Source: Octopus vulgaris
Taxonomy: Eukaryota
Length of the DNA: 64,000 nucleotides
Assembly (NCBI GenBank): GCA_951406725.2
Contig: OX597822.1
Location: 2,790,001-2,854,000, forward strand
Direction of reading: 5' to 3'
Shown: positions 1-13,534 of the stretch, piece by piece
How positions within the stretch are numbered: position 1 is the stretch's first letter
Layout: each line of letters begins with the position of its first letter
The notes under the pieces: generated by a model
What the model saw: the letters and a program-made list of their open reading frames with translations, nothing else
Database searches by the model: none
Told to the model about the DNA's origin: nothing
Translations under genes and position numbers: made by a program

Positions 1-635
1 ACATTTTCCCCCATAAATATATTTTGTTTGTATTTAAAATGTATAAGTATGTATTTTGTTGGCATTTGGAAGCTTTAGTTTGTTTTACTTTCTAAGCATT
101 TAAATCTGCAATTTCAGTTTGAGTCCTTTAAAGATAACATGTAAGTACAAATGCATTCATTTCAAACGTGATCAAAATGTTTATCATCCAAAACAAACTA
201 TATTTATCAATACTCATTAAATAGAAAAGAAATATATTTATATGCAAAGCAAATTATATTAATACACTTTAAACCAAACGAAATATATTTATTATACAAA
301 AAAACCTATACACTTTAAATGCATACGAAATATATACAAAACAAAATAAACCCACACATACACAACTCATGCATGCACAGAAAACACTAACACATGCAAA
401 AATGATCTCGGACGTTATCTCCCTTGAAAGCAACCTTTGTATTGAAAAGCTTCACCTCTAAGAAGTTATTGTAATTATAAAGTTACAGAAAAAAATTATT
501 ATAATGATGATATCAACTGTAAAAATACTATTAATTCTTTTATTTGTCGCGTGGGTAACGAATATTCGAGGAAGAATTTGATAGGGTTAATCTGAAATTT
601 AGAATGAAATCGATTTCAGATTACCCCAGAGTTGG

Positions 636-728
636 AGAAGACGCTTCCCGAAGGTGCCACGTAGTGAGACTGAACCCGAAACAACATGGCTGTAAAGCGA
701 ACTTCTTAACCACACAGCCATGCCTGCT
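636..728 (-). mobile_element. SINE family A head fragment (tRNA-derived, CORE-type)
   Basis: Reverse complement matches the head of the full copies at 6511 and 39341-39778. Confidence 0.7.
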
Positions 729-751
729 TATGCTTGATTATATATTATATT

Positions 752-1290
752 ACATGTCCCGTAGTCTGGCTGGCTGTAGGGCACCACTGATGACCTTGCG
801 ACCAGATCCCTACATCTTTCTCTGTCTTCTGTCTTTCGCACTGCGTCTCTCATCTTTAGGTCTGTCCACTCACAGATGTTGCTTTCCCACCTCCTTCTCT
901 GTTTGCCTCTGCGTCTGCTACCTTTGACTGTTCCATGAAGGATTATTTTTGGTCATCCCTGATGAGTGGGTGACATGTACAAACTACCTGAGCTTGCGTT
1001 TCTTTACTGTGGTAAGAAAGTTCGTAATAGGGCCCTGTTGCCTGCCTTATTCTTCTTTTCACTTTCTCATTTGTGACACAATCTCTGTATGATATTCCTA
1101 AAAGTCTCCTCAGACATTTCATCACTGTAGCCTGAATTCTTCTTTCTATTTCTGCAGTCAGTGTTCATCACTTATACACGCGCAGGAATATTGAGTCTAA
1201 TTTTGGAATTCATTGAGATATTTCTGTCTTTGGTCATTGCTGCTGTTGTTTTGGCAATGCAGGATATCACTTCAGGCTTGGAACCTTGGT
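752..1290 (-). mobile_element. RTE-clade LINE, 5'-truncated decayed 3' end (RT C-terminal region)
   Basis: Minus-strand translation across frameshifts gives GSKPEVISCIAKTTAA..., MKCLRRLLGISYRDCVTNEKVKRRIRQATGPY and GTVKGSRRRGKQRRRWESNI, the typical RTE C-terminus. It has stops and frameshifts. Confidence 0.85.
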
Positions 1291-1789
1291 CGCTTCCTTT
1301 CACCTCAAAATATCTCTACACCACTGACACTTATGTTGGTACTGATTCCGTTTGTACAATTTCGTTTCCCTGTGCTTATCTCCGTATCAAATTCATCGAT
1401 GGATATGGAGGATATTGGTTTCAAATTCTGGCAGAAAGCCAGCAATTTTCAGGAAGTGGACAAGTTGATTACATCGTCCACCACTGCTCAACTGGTACTT
1501 ATTTTATCACTCTCGAAAGGATGTGCTTTCTGTCCTTTAAACTAGTTCATTAAATTTTAACCTTAAATAATATACGAAATGTCTTTCAGTGTAACTTTTG
1601 TTTCATTGCATAGATACTCCTTACTAATGATAATGCTCTTTTTTCCTACATAAATATGCCAGGCAGTAAAGTAAGATAATTACCGGTTTGAATAAACGAT
1701 TAGGCAAAATTTGAAGTCTTAATAAACTCGACCTTTACAGTGAATGTAACTTTAAACTAATTTCAAATTCTTTTCGCATTTTGGCCAGC

Positions 1790-2180
1790 AATTTTGAGAG
1801 GGAAGAGATAAGTCGATTACATCGAGCGCAGTGGTTGATTCCTGCTGATTTCAATCGATGACTCAATGAAAGATGAAGTCGACCTCGGCGACATTTGATC
1901 TCAGAACAAAAAGAAGTAAAAAAAAAAACGAATGCCTAGCATGTTAACGATTCTGCTAGCTCTCCGCCATCATAAGCACAAGTCCTGAAATTTCTGGGGA
2001 GGGGGATAGTCGATTGAATCAACCTCAAGTTTTCAACTGATACTTATTTTATCGACCCTGAAAAGATGAAAGGTAAAGCTGACCTCGGTAATATTTTTGA
2101 ACTCAAGATATAAAGTTGGAAGAAATGCTGCTAACCATATTGTCCGGCGTGCTAATGATTTTGCCAGATCGTCTCCTTCC
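1790..2180 (-). mobile_element. Two decayed SINE family B copies
   Basis: Both contain the gatgaaag(g)caaagtcgacctcggc...gaactca motif shared with the intact family B copies. Confidence 0.7.
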
Positions 2181-2189
2181 TAGAAATTA

Positions 2190-2250
<61 letters not shown>

Positions 2251-2259
2251 GACACAAGG

Positions 2260-2656
2260 AAGGCGGCGAGCTGGCAGAAACGTTTGCACGCCGGGCGAAA
2301 TGCTTAGCAGTATTTCATCTGCCGTTACGTTGTGAGTTCAAATTCCGTCGAGGTCGACTTTGCCTTTCATCCTTTCGGGGTCGATAACTTAAGTACCAGT
2401 TACGCACTGGGGTCGATATAATCGAGTTAATCCGTTTGTCTGTCATTGTTTGTCCTCTCTGTGTTTAGCCCCTTGTGGGTAGTAAAGAAATAGGTATTTC
2501 GTCTGCCGTTACGTTCTGAGTTCAAATTCCACCAAGGTCGACTTCGCCTTTCATCCTTTCGGGTTCGATAAATTAGATACCAGTTTAGTTCTGGGGTCGA
2601 TGTCATCGACTATCCCCTTCCTCCAAATTTCAGGCCTTGTGCCTATAATAGAAAAG
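2260..2656 (+). mobile_element. SINE family B dimer (tRNA-like head, Meta/Sauria-like central domain) with 15-bp TSD
   Basis: Head aggcggcgagctggcagaaacg, B-box-like gagttcaaattcc and central gcctttcatcctttcggggtcgata. A second unit starts at about 2494. TSD attattgacacaagg at 2245-2259 and 2657-2671. Confidence 0.85.
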
Positions 2657-2679
2657 ATTATTGACACAAGGCGTGAAAT

Positions 2680-3070
2680 CACATCGAACCCAGTGTTCAA
2701 TTTGTACTTAGATTAATCAACCCGAAAGGATGAAAGGCGAAGTCGATTTCGGCGGAATTTGAACTCAAGACGTAAAGCCGAAAGAAATACAACTGAACAT
2801 TTTGTCAAGCGTACTAACCATTCAGCCAGTTCACCGTCTGACAGACTTTAACTTAATCGTTTCAAAGTGTGGCACAGGGCTAGCAGTTTTTGAAGGGAAT
2901 GAGAAGTCGATTGCATCGACCTCAATGTTTGACTGGTACTCATTTTACCGACCACGAAAGGATGAAAAACACAGCCGACCTTGGTGGAATGTAAGCTCAG
3001 AACGTAAAGACGGATGAAATTCCTCTAAGCATCTTGTCCAGCTGCTAATGATTCTGCCAAGTTGCCATCT
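2680..3070 (-). mobile_element. Two further decayed SINE family B copies
   Basis: cgaaaggatgaaa...gaactcag motifs. Confidence 0.65.
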
Positions 3071-3733
3071 TAAAAGTAATCTTCATTTTACAAGCATACG
3101 CGCACACGCGTATACAAACATATATAAGTGAAATGAAAGAGATATACTGTGAGAAAAAATTGAAAAACGAACGAAAAATCTAGACGCCCACCAGGATTTT
3201 ATCATAAAATTCTTCCTAATTCTTTACGTTACTATGATAAATATTTATTATTTTTTTCTTTTGATTAAGACATGCCAAGTGTCTGATATTTTTAAGGAGG
3301 GTCAATTTCAGTTTAGTCTCGCCCAGCAAAAAATTGCTCCAAGCAAGAAAAATGGAATGCATTTTTACTGGTCTTAACTCAATAGTAGTCTATGTTAGCA
3401 AAGTAAAGGTGGGGCAGAGACACAGTCGAATTGCATCTTGGTCGATATTGGCTCCTGAATGAACTCAAAGATTTGTTGAGAAAAAAACTATTTAACTCAT
3501 TAGCAGAGAAAGAAAGTACTTCTAAATTAGCACAAGAACAGCCGTAAACTACCATTGTGGAAACAAAATGAGAAGTATGCGTTCAGAGAACCGTACGGCT
3601 ATCTTAGTAAGCACCTCTTACAGACACGGCTATCAATCTACAAAATAATCAATTATTAAGTAATGTAAAGTGCCCATGTAACTAAAAATCCACACGCAAC
3701 CACACAGACACGTATGTGAGTGCGTGTTTGTGT

Positions 3734-3817
<84 letters not shown>

Positions 3818-4519
3818 GTGTGTGTGTGTGTGTGTTCAGTATCAACCGGTTACAACTAACAGTTAGATATAGTGGGGGCAAAATGTTCTGGGGTCTTCAA
3901 GAGTTATCGGGAACAATATGACATCTAATTTCTTAGATGATAGCAAAATTAATTCAGAACGTTACATTACTATCTTCGAGCGTATATTTATTTCAAAATT
4001 CTCAAGTGGACAAACTGAAAAAGAGAAAGAAAAGCCTGACTGTGCTGGAAAATGACCCTCCATTGCACGCTACAAAAACCGACACAAAGAAAAACAAACC
4101 TTTTAAAAAAATAATCGAAAAGAAAGAGAGGAAGCAAATGTCTTCGAACCATTTCTTTGACCAGTTCATTCCACTAATATCAACAACATACTACATACAT
4201 AACATGTAGTCGTGTAAGTTGATACGAGATAATGTTTTACTTAAAATGTTCAAACCCGAAGAACACGAAGCAAATCAGTGAATGATGTAAAGGAAGGAAC
4301 AAAAATGGGAAATACCAAACGCTAGAATTACAGACTTCGCTATTCTGTGCTGCTGTACCTTGGCGAATTCCTGAGTTAAAGTCTCAGGCATCAAAATATT
4401 TTTCTCGCTCTTCTTGCATGCCTCAACAGATACATGTGTGTGTGAGTGAGTGAGTGAGTGAGTGTGTGTGTGAGTGAGTGAGTGTGCGTGTGTGTGCGTC
4501 CGCGATTATGTATATGTAT

Positions 4520-5015
4520 TTTTATCTTTTATCTTTTATTTGTTTTAGTCGTCTGATTGCGGCCATGCTGGGGCACCTTCAAGAATTTTTACTCGAATGA
4601 TCGGCCCCAGTAATTCTATCGTTCCCTTTTGCGGAACCTTTAAGCTGTGGTGACTTAAACAAACCAGCATGCGCACACATACATACACACATAAATACAT
4701 GTGTGTGTGTGTGTGTATGTATGTATATATATATATATATATGTGTGTGTATATGTATATATATAGTTAATCCAAACATGAAAACACAAAGAGAAAACAC
4801 AACAACGTGAGGACGTGGAACAAGTATAGTGTTATTGGACGCTCAGGAAAGGAAAGAAAGAAGGAAGGCTTAACGTTTCGAGCGGAGCTCTTCGTCAGAA
4901 ACTTTAGAAAAAGGAAAGATCCAAGGAAGGGAAGACAGAGGGAAAAAAATCGCCAACGATACACACGCGGTCACATATATATATATATACAACGGGCTTC
5001 TTTCAGTTTCCGTCT
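4520..5015 (-). mobile_element. SINE family A interrupted by a hammerhead-bearing element (about 4770-4975)
   Basis: SINE A 3' half at 4520-4670 and 5' part (cgggcttctttcagtttccgtct) at 4993-5015 flank an insertion in the internal microsatellite. Confidence 0.65.
4869..4902 (-). ncRNA. Minimal type I hammerhead ribozyme motif (family E-like)
   Basis: Minus strand: ttt CTGACGA a GAGC-tcc-GCTC GAAAC GTT aag. Confidence 0.7.
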
Positions 5016-5590
5016 ATATGTGTGCATATATGGACATGTGTATATACACACGATTACTTTATTACAACTCATCTTCCTCTTTCTTTTTCTCCTTTTAATT
5101 TTATTTTCCATCTCCTTACATTTTTTTATAGACTGGACTTTATAAAAATTAAAACGCTTTCTTTATTTTGTCTTCTTTCATCCATCTTGTCATCCTTTCG
5201 ACCCCACCCCCATTTATCCGGTTCTTTTTGCTTTTCTTTCTTTTTTTCTGTTCTTCTCCCTTAAACTAGCCACGGTAAATGTGTGTGTTAAACGTGATTA
5301 ATGTATATATGTGTGTGTATTCTTTTCTACTCTAGGGTCAAGGCCAGAAGTTTTGGGGGAGAGAGCCAGCGGATTAGATCGATTCCAGTACGCGTTTGGT
5401 ATTTAACTTATCGACCTATCAAAAGATGAAAGGCAAAGTCGACCTCGGCGTGTGTGTATTACCACATACTTAGGCATGGAGACGTATATTTATATATGTG
5501 CATGTAAGTATCTGTGTGTATATGCAAGTATATATATATATATATAAGCATATGTTTGCCAGTATATGTTTGTATGTATGTATGTATGTT

Positions 5591-5895
5591 GGGTCATCGG
5601 CGAGTAAACCGGCAACCCTACCAAGCTTGCTTGGTGCGGAGGGTGTTTATTGGTCACCCTGCGGGATGAAAAACAAAACCCGTCAAAGGGCGGAGGAACT
5701 CTTGAGAGTCAACGGCCATCCAATAAATGTCTTAAGGCTGTATCATGCGCGGGGACAGAAATAATCGGACTGAATACCCGATCGCGGGGTTAAACCATTG
5801 GGAGTGAAGGACTCCAAGCCTTCGTTAGGGCATCCTTCTAGGAGAAGGTAACTCAGGTAACTGGGATAACTCCGACATAAAACCCACAACCAAAC
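5591..5895 (+). mobile_element. 305-bp GC-rich structured insertion, probably derived from an RTE LINE 5' region
   Basis: GC-rich island in (TATG)n, flanked by gtatgtt on both sides. It contains gggcatccttctaggagaaggtaactc, resembling RTE 5' UTR motifs from memory, and several hairpins. Confidence 0.45.
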
Positions 5896-6032
5896 GTATG
5901 TTTGTGTATTTAGAAGTGTATCTGTATGTTTGTGTGTGTGCGCGCCCGCGTGCGCTCGGTGCGTACTTCTGTATGGGTACGCGTGTTTGCATAAGTATAC
6001 GTGTTTTCTTTTTCGTCTGCATGCATATATAT

Positions 6033-6502
<470 letters not shown>

Positions 6503-6510
6503 GATATATA

Positions 6511-6659
6511 GGCGCAGGAGCGGCTATGTGGTAAATAGCTTGCTTACCAACCACATAGTTCCGGGTTCAGTTCCGGGCAAGTGGCTTCTACTATAGCCGA
6601 CCAAAGCCTTATGACTGGATTTGGTAGACGGAAACTGAAAGAAGCCCGCCGTATATATG

Positions 6660-6741
<82 letters not shown>

Positions 6742-6950
6742 TGTGTGTCTGTGTTTGTCCCCCAATATCGCTTGACAACCGATGCTGGTGTGTTTACCTC
6801 CCCGTAACTTAGCGGTTCGGCAAAAGATACCGATAGAATAAGTACTAGGCTTAAAAAGAATAAGTCCTGGGGTCGATTTGCTCGACTAAAGGCGGTGCTC
6901 CAGCATGGCCGCAGTCAAATAGCCGAAACAAGTAAAAGAGTAAAAAGAGT
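6511..6950 (+). mobile_element. SINE family A, full length (tRNA head, CORE-like segment, internal (AT)n(GT)n, 3' half)
   Basis: A-box-like ggctatgtggtaa, B-box-like gggttcagttcc, CORE-like gggcaagtg, tail gtaaaagagtaaaaaga. There are more than 10 homologues in the window. Confidence 0.9.
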
Positions 6951-6956
6951 AAGGAG

Positions 6957-7018
<62 letters not shown>

Positions 7019-7065
7019 AATGCTTGTACACCCTAACGTATGCAGGTGTACACACTGTAATACAC

Positions 7066-7099
<34 letters not shown>

Positions 7100-7644
7100 G
7101 AATGGATGTACATGTCTTTGTAATTATGTATGCATTCACGTATGTATGTGTGTATATAAATATGTGTTTGTGTATATGTATTTGCATGTGTGTGTGTGTG
7201 TGTATCTATGTAAATAAATACCTGGCAACATCGAGCGTTGTCATCATGTTTTGTGTATTTATTTGTTTGCTTATCTGTTTTGAGAACAGCTGCTCAGTTC
7301 TCTCTTTCGAATTAATATCTCCTTTAGCTTCTTGCTTGATAGCTCATGAGTAGCAAGGAGTATTAAGTCTCCAATTACGTCATGTAACCGTACGAAGTCT
7401 ACAGCGTGTGTTTCAATGTTTGCGTACAATCCCACGCCGTATCACGATAGCAGCAGCCTTTGTGAGGACGGCTTCGCTTACAAACACCACTTAGCAGATA
7501 AACCACATTGGAGCCAATGCGGAAGCCTTTTGCTACCTAATGTCATATTTACTGCACCTGTCACAACGTGAATGATTAAGTCTGGTGCGAGTGGCATGTA
7601 GGATAATGATAATATAATGATTATGGTGGCGGCGGTGAACTTGG

Positions 7645-8360
7645 TGGTGAGCTTGGCGGAATCGTTAGCACGACGGGCAAAATGCTTAGCGGCATTTCGT
7701 CCGTCTTTACCTTCTGAAATTAGATGCCTTTCAGGTTCGATGAAATAAGTACCAGTTAAATTACTGGGACCGATGTAATCGACTTAACCCTCACCACCGA
7801 AATTGCTCACTTTGTACCAAGATTTGAAACCAATCGTATTAAAGGATATATTAGATTAGTGAGCTGGCAGAATCGTTAGCAACCCGGGCAAATTGCTTGG
7901 CGACAGTTCGTCTGTCTTTAAGTTCTGAGTTCAGATGCTGCTGGAGTCGACTTTGCTTCTTATCCTTTCGGGGTCGATAAAATAAATACCTATTTCTTTA
8001 CTACCCACAAGAGGCTAAACACAGAGAGGACAAAGAAGGACAGACAAACGGATTAAGTCGATTATATGTACCTCAGTGCGATACTTATTTAATCGACCCC
8101 GAAGGATGAAAGGTACTTATTTAATCGACCCCGAAGGATGAAAGGTACTTATTTAATCGACCCCGAAAGGATGAAAGGCAAAGTCGACCTCGGCGGAATA
8201 TGAACTCAGAACGTAACGGCAGACGAAATACGGCTACGCATTTCGCCCGGCGTGCTAACGTTTCTGCCATCTCACCGCCAATTGAACACTGGATTCAATG
8301 TAATCGACTTAAACCCCTCCCATCAAAATTGCTGGCCTTGTGCCAAAATTTGAAACCAAT
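7645..8360. mobile_element. Cluster of SINE family B: a plus copy, then a plus copy interrupted by a minus copy (7988-8279)
   Basis: Homology to 2260-2656. The inner copy has a 32-bp triple tandem (tacttatttaatcgaccccgaaggatgaaagg) at 8082-8178. Confidence 0.8.
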
Positions 8361-9306
8361 ATAGAGTGTGATGATGCAGAGCGGCAAAAATATGAGCCTC
8401 TATGTGCTCGTTGGAACAACTAGAAATAGTAGGTAAATATCCCTCGAGATAACACTGTTGTGTTAAGAAATAAAGGAAACAATGGATTATAGAATCCACT
8501 AGATTTCGTTGTCCATAGAATAAGGGTCCTTTCCGAGTCATACAGAAACATATAGCCGGTTTCCTGGTTTCTCTGAATGGACTGGAGCAATATGGAATGA
8601 AGCCTTTTGCTTAAGGATTTAATGCATAGCCCGGTTCGGAAACCGGGCGAAGCGTTTCGCGCGTGTGTGTGCTTATGTTTGTGTTTACATAAATGCATTC
8701 ATATGTTTGCATGTATATGTGGGAGTACGCGCGTGTGTGTATGTGTGTGTGTGTGTGTGTGTGTATTTGTGTGTGAGTGTTTGAAGGTGTACGTAAGCTT
8801 GTGTACATGTGTGCGCATGATGTAATAATCCTTGTCGTAAAACATTAAAGAGGGTTATGTTGAGTATGGCATACTTTTACGAGTAACTCTGTCGGTCCAG
8901 AGTTGATTTGCGAGTACATAACAACGACAGCTGTTTACAAAGTTCATCAGCAACAAAGGATATTTATATAAAGTCTGGCTGGTGTACTTAGAAGAGAAAT
9001 CCCTTTTAGTTGACGTACATTTCAACATAATGAGTCGTGACAACCACAAACCATACTGAAAGTGAAACCTCCAAATATTATATAAGCCATTCATAATTCT
9101 TCTCTTTTTTCTTTTGGCCAAAATGCTTCCACTGGGCGTAATATTGGTTAACTATATTCCCAAGTGCATGTAGCAAGGAAGTGTATGTCACTTGATGTAG
9201 AACAATTATAACTTTGGACTTCGTTGCTGGAGTTTATATCCTTTACCAATATAGAACGGTGAAAGACATACACACATACACACACACATACACACATACA
9301 CACACA

Positions 9307-9342
<36 letters not shown>

Positions 9343-10181
9343 TATTTATGTTTTCCTCTAAGAAGCGTCTCGCGTTTGGTCTCCCCATTGCTAATGATGT
9401 TTCATAAGGCTACTAAAGGCTGCATGTGACCTATAAATCAGTCCACCTTGATCACCGGTCAGCCTTCCAGCAACAGTTTGACCAGTTGGATGGTGGGACC
9501 CTGGCTGACCCGCACATACCGTGTTTCGCTTTAGAATTTCGCTTGCAAGATTCTGTATGGAAACTCGTGTGATGAAACACATTTTCTTGTGCACAATAGT
9601 CTCCACTCGCCATTTGTCCCCCTCACCATCGCTTGGCAACCGATGGTGGCGTGCTTATATCTCTTAAATTCCAATGTGCCTTGCTGTAAGATCGAACACA
9701 GAGCAATAGGGTTGCCAAGCTATATTCGTGACCGCACAACCACCCTGCATCTTGTTACTTGCTGTTGATGCATTTCGTCCGTCTTTATGTTCGGGTTCAA
9801 ATTTCGCTGGGGGTCATTTTGCCTTTCAACTTTTCGAGGTCACTAAAATAAGTACCAGTTGGACACTGGGGTCGATGTACTTATGTCTGTAGCATTTATA
9901 ATGATTTTCTTAAGATCATTACGTGAAGCTGAAAAGTGTTTCGGTTGCTATTTCTAACTGCTACTGATAGAAACTTCTTCTATGTAGCCACATAGAGACA
10001 CAAACAAGGGGACTGTTGGACACCGACAAACAATGGATCTCACATGTCGATAAGTCATTGGATATGTCCGCTGGATGTAGACAGAAACAGGGAATGGCGG
10101 AGATATTTAAAGAACGGTAAACACCCGCAAGGCAGATGAACAAACAGAAATTACGACGACCACGACAACGACAACAATATA

Positions 10182-10420
10182 CATCGTTGCTATTATGTTA
10201 AACAGTCGTATGTCCAAAAAAAATTTTTTTTTTTTTAAATATTTATTTTTGCTTGCAATATCCGTATCTTTTGGTCAGACTATCGTATCTCCAGCTGCTT
10301 CAGATGCCAAGATATCAAAAATTGTTAAAGTGTTGTACAATTATTTCGCTATGGAATGGAGAAAATATTCTTTCTTTTTCATTTTCTGACTTACGACTCT
10401 TATGCATAATAGCTACGATA
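10182..10420. mobile_element. MITE copy 2 (internally shorter)
   Basis: TIR catcgttgctattatg / cataatagctacgata. Internal ctatcgtatctccagctgcttca shared with copy 1. Confidence 0.75.
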
Positions 10421-10421
10421 T

Positions 10422-10790
10422 GGCTATATGGTAAGTAGCTTGCTTACCAACCACATGTTTCCGAGTTCAGTACCAGTACGTGCATCTTGAGCAAGTGTCT
10501 TCTACTATAGCTTCCGGCCGACCAAAGCCTTGTGAGTGGATTTGGTGGACGGAAACTGAAAGAAGACCGCCGTATACATATGTGTGTGTGTGTGTGTTTG
10601 TCTCCCCAACATCGCTAAACAACCGATGCTGGTGTGTTTATGCCCCAGTAACTTAGCGGTTTGGCACAAAGAACCGATACAATAAGTACTAGGCTTACAA
10701 ATAATGATATCCTGGAGTCGATTTGCTCGACTAAAGGCGGTGCTCCAGCATGACCGCAGTCAAATGACTGAAACAAGTAAAAGAATTAAA
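10422..10790 (+). mobile_element. SINE family A, near full length
   Basis: Colinear homology with 6511-6950. Confidence 0.9.
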
Positions 10791-10904
<114 letters not shown>

Positions 10905-10911
10905 GTATATA

Positions 10912-11122
10912 CAGGGTGGCCCAAAAGTAGGTTTACAGTTGTTCAACTTCCCCTTTCACATTCATATATTAATAGTTTAGATCTTAATTATATAAAAAAT
11001 ATGAAACCATTATTCTGTGCTAATTTAGTTAATTGTAAGATAGAAATTTAAATGAAATAAAACGTTTTAAAAGATGTAGTAAGTGCCTACATGATAACTG
11101 TAGCCCTACTTTTGGGATACCC

Positions 11123-11124
<2 letters not shown>
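10912..11124. mobile_element. Tc1/mariner-type MITE
   Basis: TIR cagggtggcccaaaagtaggtttacagtt versus aactgtagccctacttttgggataccct, TA flanks. Confidence 0.8.
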
Positions 11125-11153
<29 letters not shown>

Positions 11154-11186
11154 CTGTGCGTGTGTGTCTGTGCGTTTGTGTGTGGT

Positions 11187-11563
11187 GGTGCAGTGGCCCA
11201 GTGGTTAGGGCAGCGGACTCGCGGTCATCGGATTGCGGTTTCGATTCCCAGACCGGGCGTTGTGAGTGTTTATTGAGCGAAAACACATGAAGCTCCACTC
11301 GGATCCGGCAAGGAGTGGTGGCAAACCCTGCTCTACTCTTTCACCACAAATTTCTCTCACTCTTTCTTTCTGTTTCTGTTGTACCAGTATTTCGTAGGGC
11401 CGGCCTTGTCACACTCTGTGTCACACTGACGCTCCCCCAAGAACTACGTTATGGGTACACGTGTCTGTGGAGTGCTCAGCCACTTGCACGTTAATTTAAC
11501 GAGCAGGCTGTTCCGTTGATTGGATCAACAGCGACTCTCGTCGTCGTAACCGACGGAGTGCCG
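11187..11563 (+). mobile_element. SINE family C (tRNA-Arg-like head), tail type 2
   Basis: A-box tggcccagtgg, B-box gtttcgattccc. Tail ...cgtaaccgacggagtgcc is shared with 41822-42139 and 59102-59390. Confidence 0.85.
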
Positions 11564-11565
11564 TA

Positions 11566-11634
<69 letters not shown>

Positions 11635-11982
11635 TTGAATCAATAGAAATTAGGTTACTGTTGAAACTAACTACTAAAAGCAATTTATTCGGTAGTTAAA
11701 GACTGCACCTGTCGCTACCATCACTACCACTATGGTGTTTAGTGACGGCCGTTTTTTTTTTTTTTTTTTGCTTCAAATTTTTGTTTTTTTTCTGTCCCCA
11801 CCGACACCCTTTTGTCGATCAGCAACACTTCCACTCCTACCGAAAACAACATTCCTTCGACAATCACTGTCGCCGCCGCCGCTGCCATTACCAACACCTC
11901 CACCACAACAGCAACACCACCTCTCCCGTCTTCGCCGTGTGAACGACGGAAACACTGGCACCGCCGACTGCAACAACAGCAC

Positions 11983-12020
<38 letters not shown>

Positions 12021-12910
12021 CTGCTGTTTCTGACTGACTGGCTCCCTTGCAATGGCCAGAAAAATTCTCAATCCGGTCCCTCTGGACAACAAGCGAGTAT
12101 CCCAGTGAAGCGGGATGGATATCCAAAAACGCATTTTGCCTCTCGGTAGATTTGAGCCGCTACCCTGTCGGAGGTACGCATATATTGATGAAATCTGCAT
12201 GCGGGCCTTCGTTCTAAGTCTGACCGTAACCAGACTTTCGGACTTATGTTGAGAACCCGTTGGCACGTACCGAAATAATCATATTCTGAACCGAGTCCAT
12301 AATCCTTCTAAAAATGAGCAATTGGCAGGATTTACTCTATTTAGTGGTTTTTATGATGAAAGAGAAACTTTAGCAAGCAAGAATGAGAGAACCGAAGGAG
12401 ATTTTCTTCTCTGGCCGTGCGTTCAAGAATATCAGGTAATAAAACTCAAAATAGTAAGAATAGATATCGTTGTGTTGTCCTTCAGAAAATTCGTCAAAAT
12501 TGAAAGAGAGTCACTGTCGTGGACTCAGTAAATGAATCTACTAAAACTATAAGCATCAGAACGCTGAAACTGGCGCCAGTCCTACTTCTTCTCAGTTCAA
12601 AAATTTGAGCAAAGTCGATTCTAACATCGTACAAGTTTGAAGGCAAGCTGGCAAAACGCTGCTGCTCTAAATGGAAACCATAGCTGTCCTTCTGGTTTTG
12701 TGATCTTGCTGTCCACTCAAGAAAACACATAATAAATTATCCCCGGCACTCAAGCAAACTGAGTCCTCAATTTGGTCCATTTGCAAAATGGTTTGCAAGG
12801 TACCAACAAGCATCAAGAGAGACATTCATCTCCATACAATATGATTAACGCTTTGTTTTATTGAAACCTTCATTTGCCGTTCACGACAAAAGAATCCATC
12901 ATATATATAC

Positions 12911-12970
<60 letters not shown>

Positions 12971-12972
12971 CT

Positions 12973-13534
12973 TAATCAAATAGGGTAATAACATAAGTTA
13001 TTATTACCAGTGGCTTAGCACAAAAGACGAATTAGTCATTAGACAGAATATTATTCATATAGAAATACAATAAAAGGCTCCCAAATAAGGAAGCTTAATG
13101 CTAGAGACACAAAGAGGGATAAATTCATGGAAAGAATGAAAATCAAAAACATTTACCATTAAAGATATATCCCAGACTGATCAGTTTCTACCTCTTTCTA
13201 GCAAAACAGACAGAATGTGTTTGCCAAGGTAAGATTCGTCAGTGGGAAGCCTTCTTAATCCTAGATGCACAGAGCGTTAGAGCACATGTAGATCTAACGG
13301 TTTGTATATCTTAACTTTTCAAACCTCCGCGCAGACGCAAAACATACCCGGCGTCAGAGAGCATGCCGGTAAAAACATTTTACGAACAAATTTATCAAGT
13401 AATATGTAATCATAATCAAAAAGGGTAATAACATAAGTTATAATCAGTGGCCTAGCACAAAAGACGAATTAGTCATTAGACAAAATATCCCTCTTTGTGT
13501 CTCTAGCACTAAGCTTCCTTATTTGGGAGCCTTT

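Noticed and set aside
5800-5860. Twister or HDV ribozyme fit
   Set aside because: ctccaagc resembles a twister loop, but the P1/P2 elements and the HDV nested topology could not be assigned.
7350-7571. 73-codon open frame in unique sequence
   Set aside because: No recognisable motif or convincing splice sites, and the length is within chance expectation.
8082-8178. CRISPR-like 32-bp direct repeats
   Set aside because: The repeats are contiguous with no spacers, lie inside a SINE, and there are no cas genes in this eukaryotic context.
8830-9200. Possible piggyBac transposase remnant (minus strand)
   Set aside because: Only a vague resemblance with many stops and no termini, so it cannot be supported without a search.
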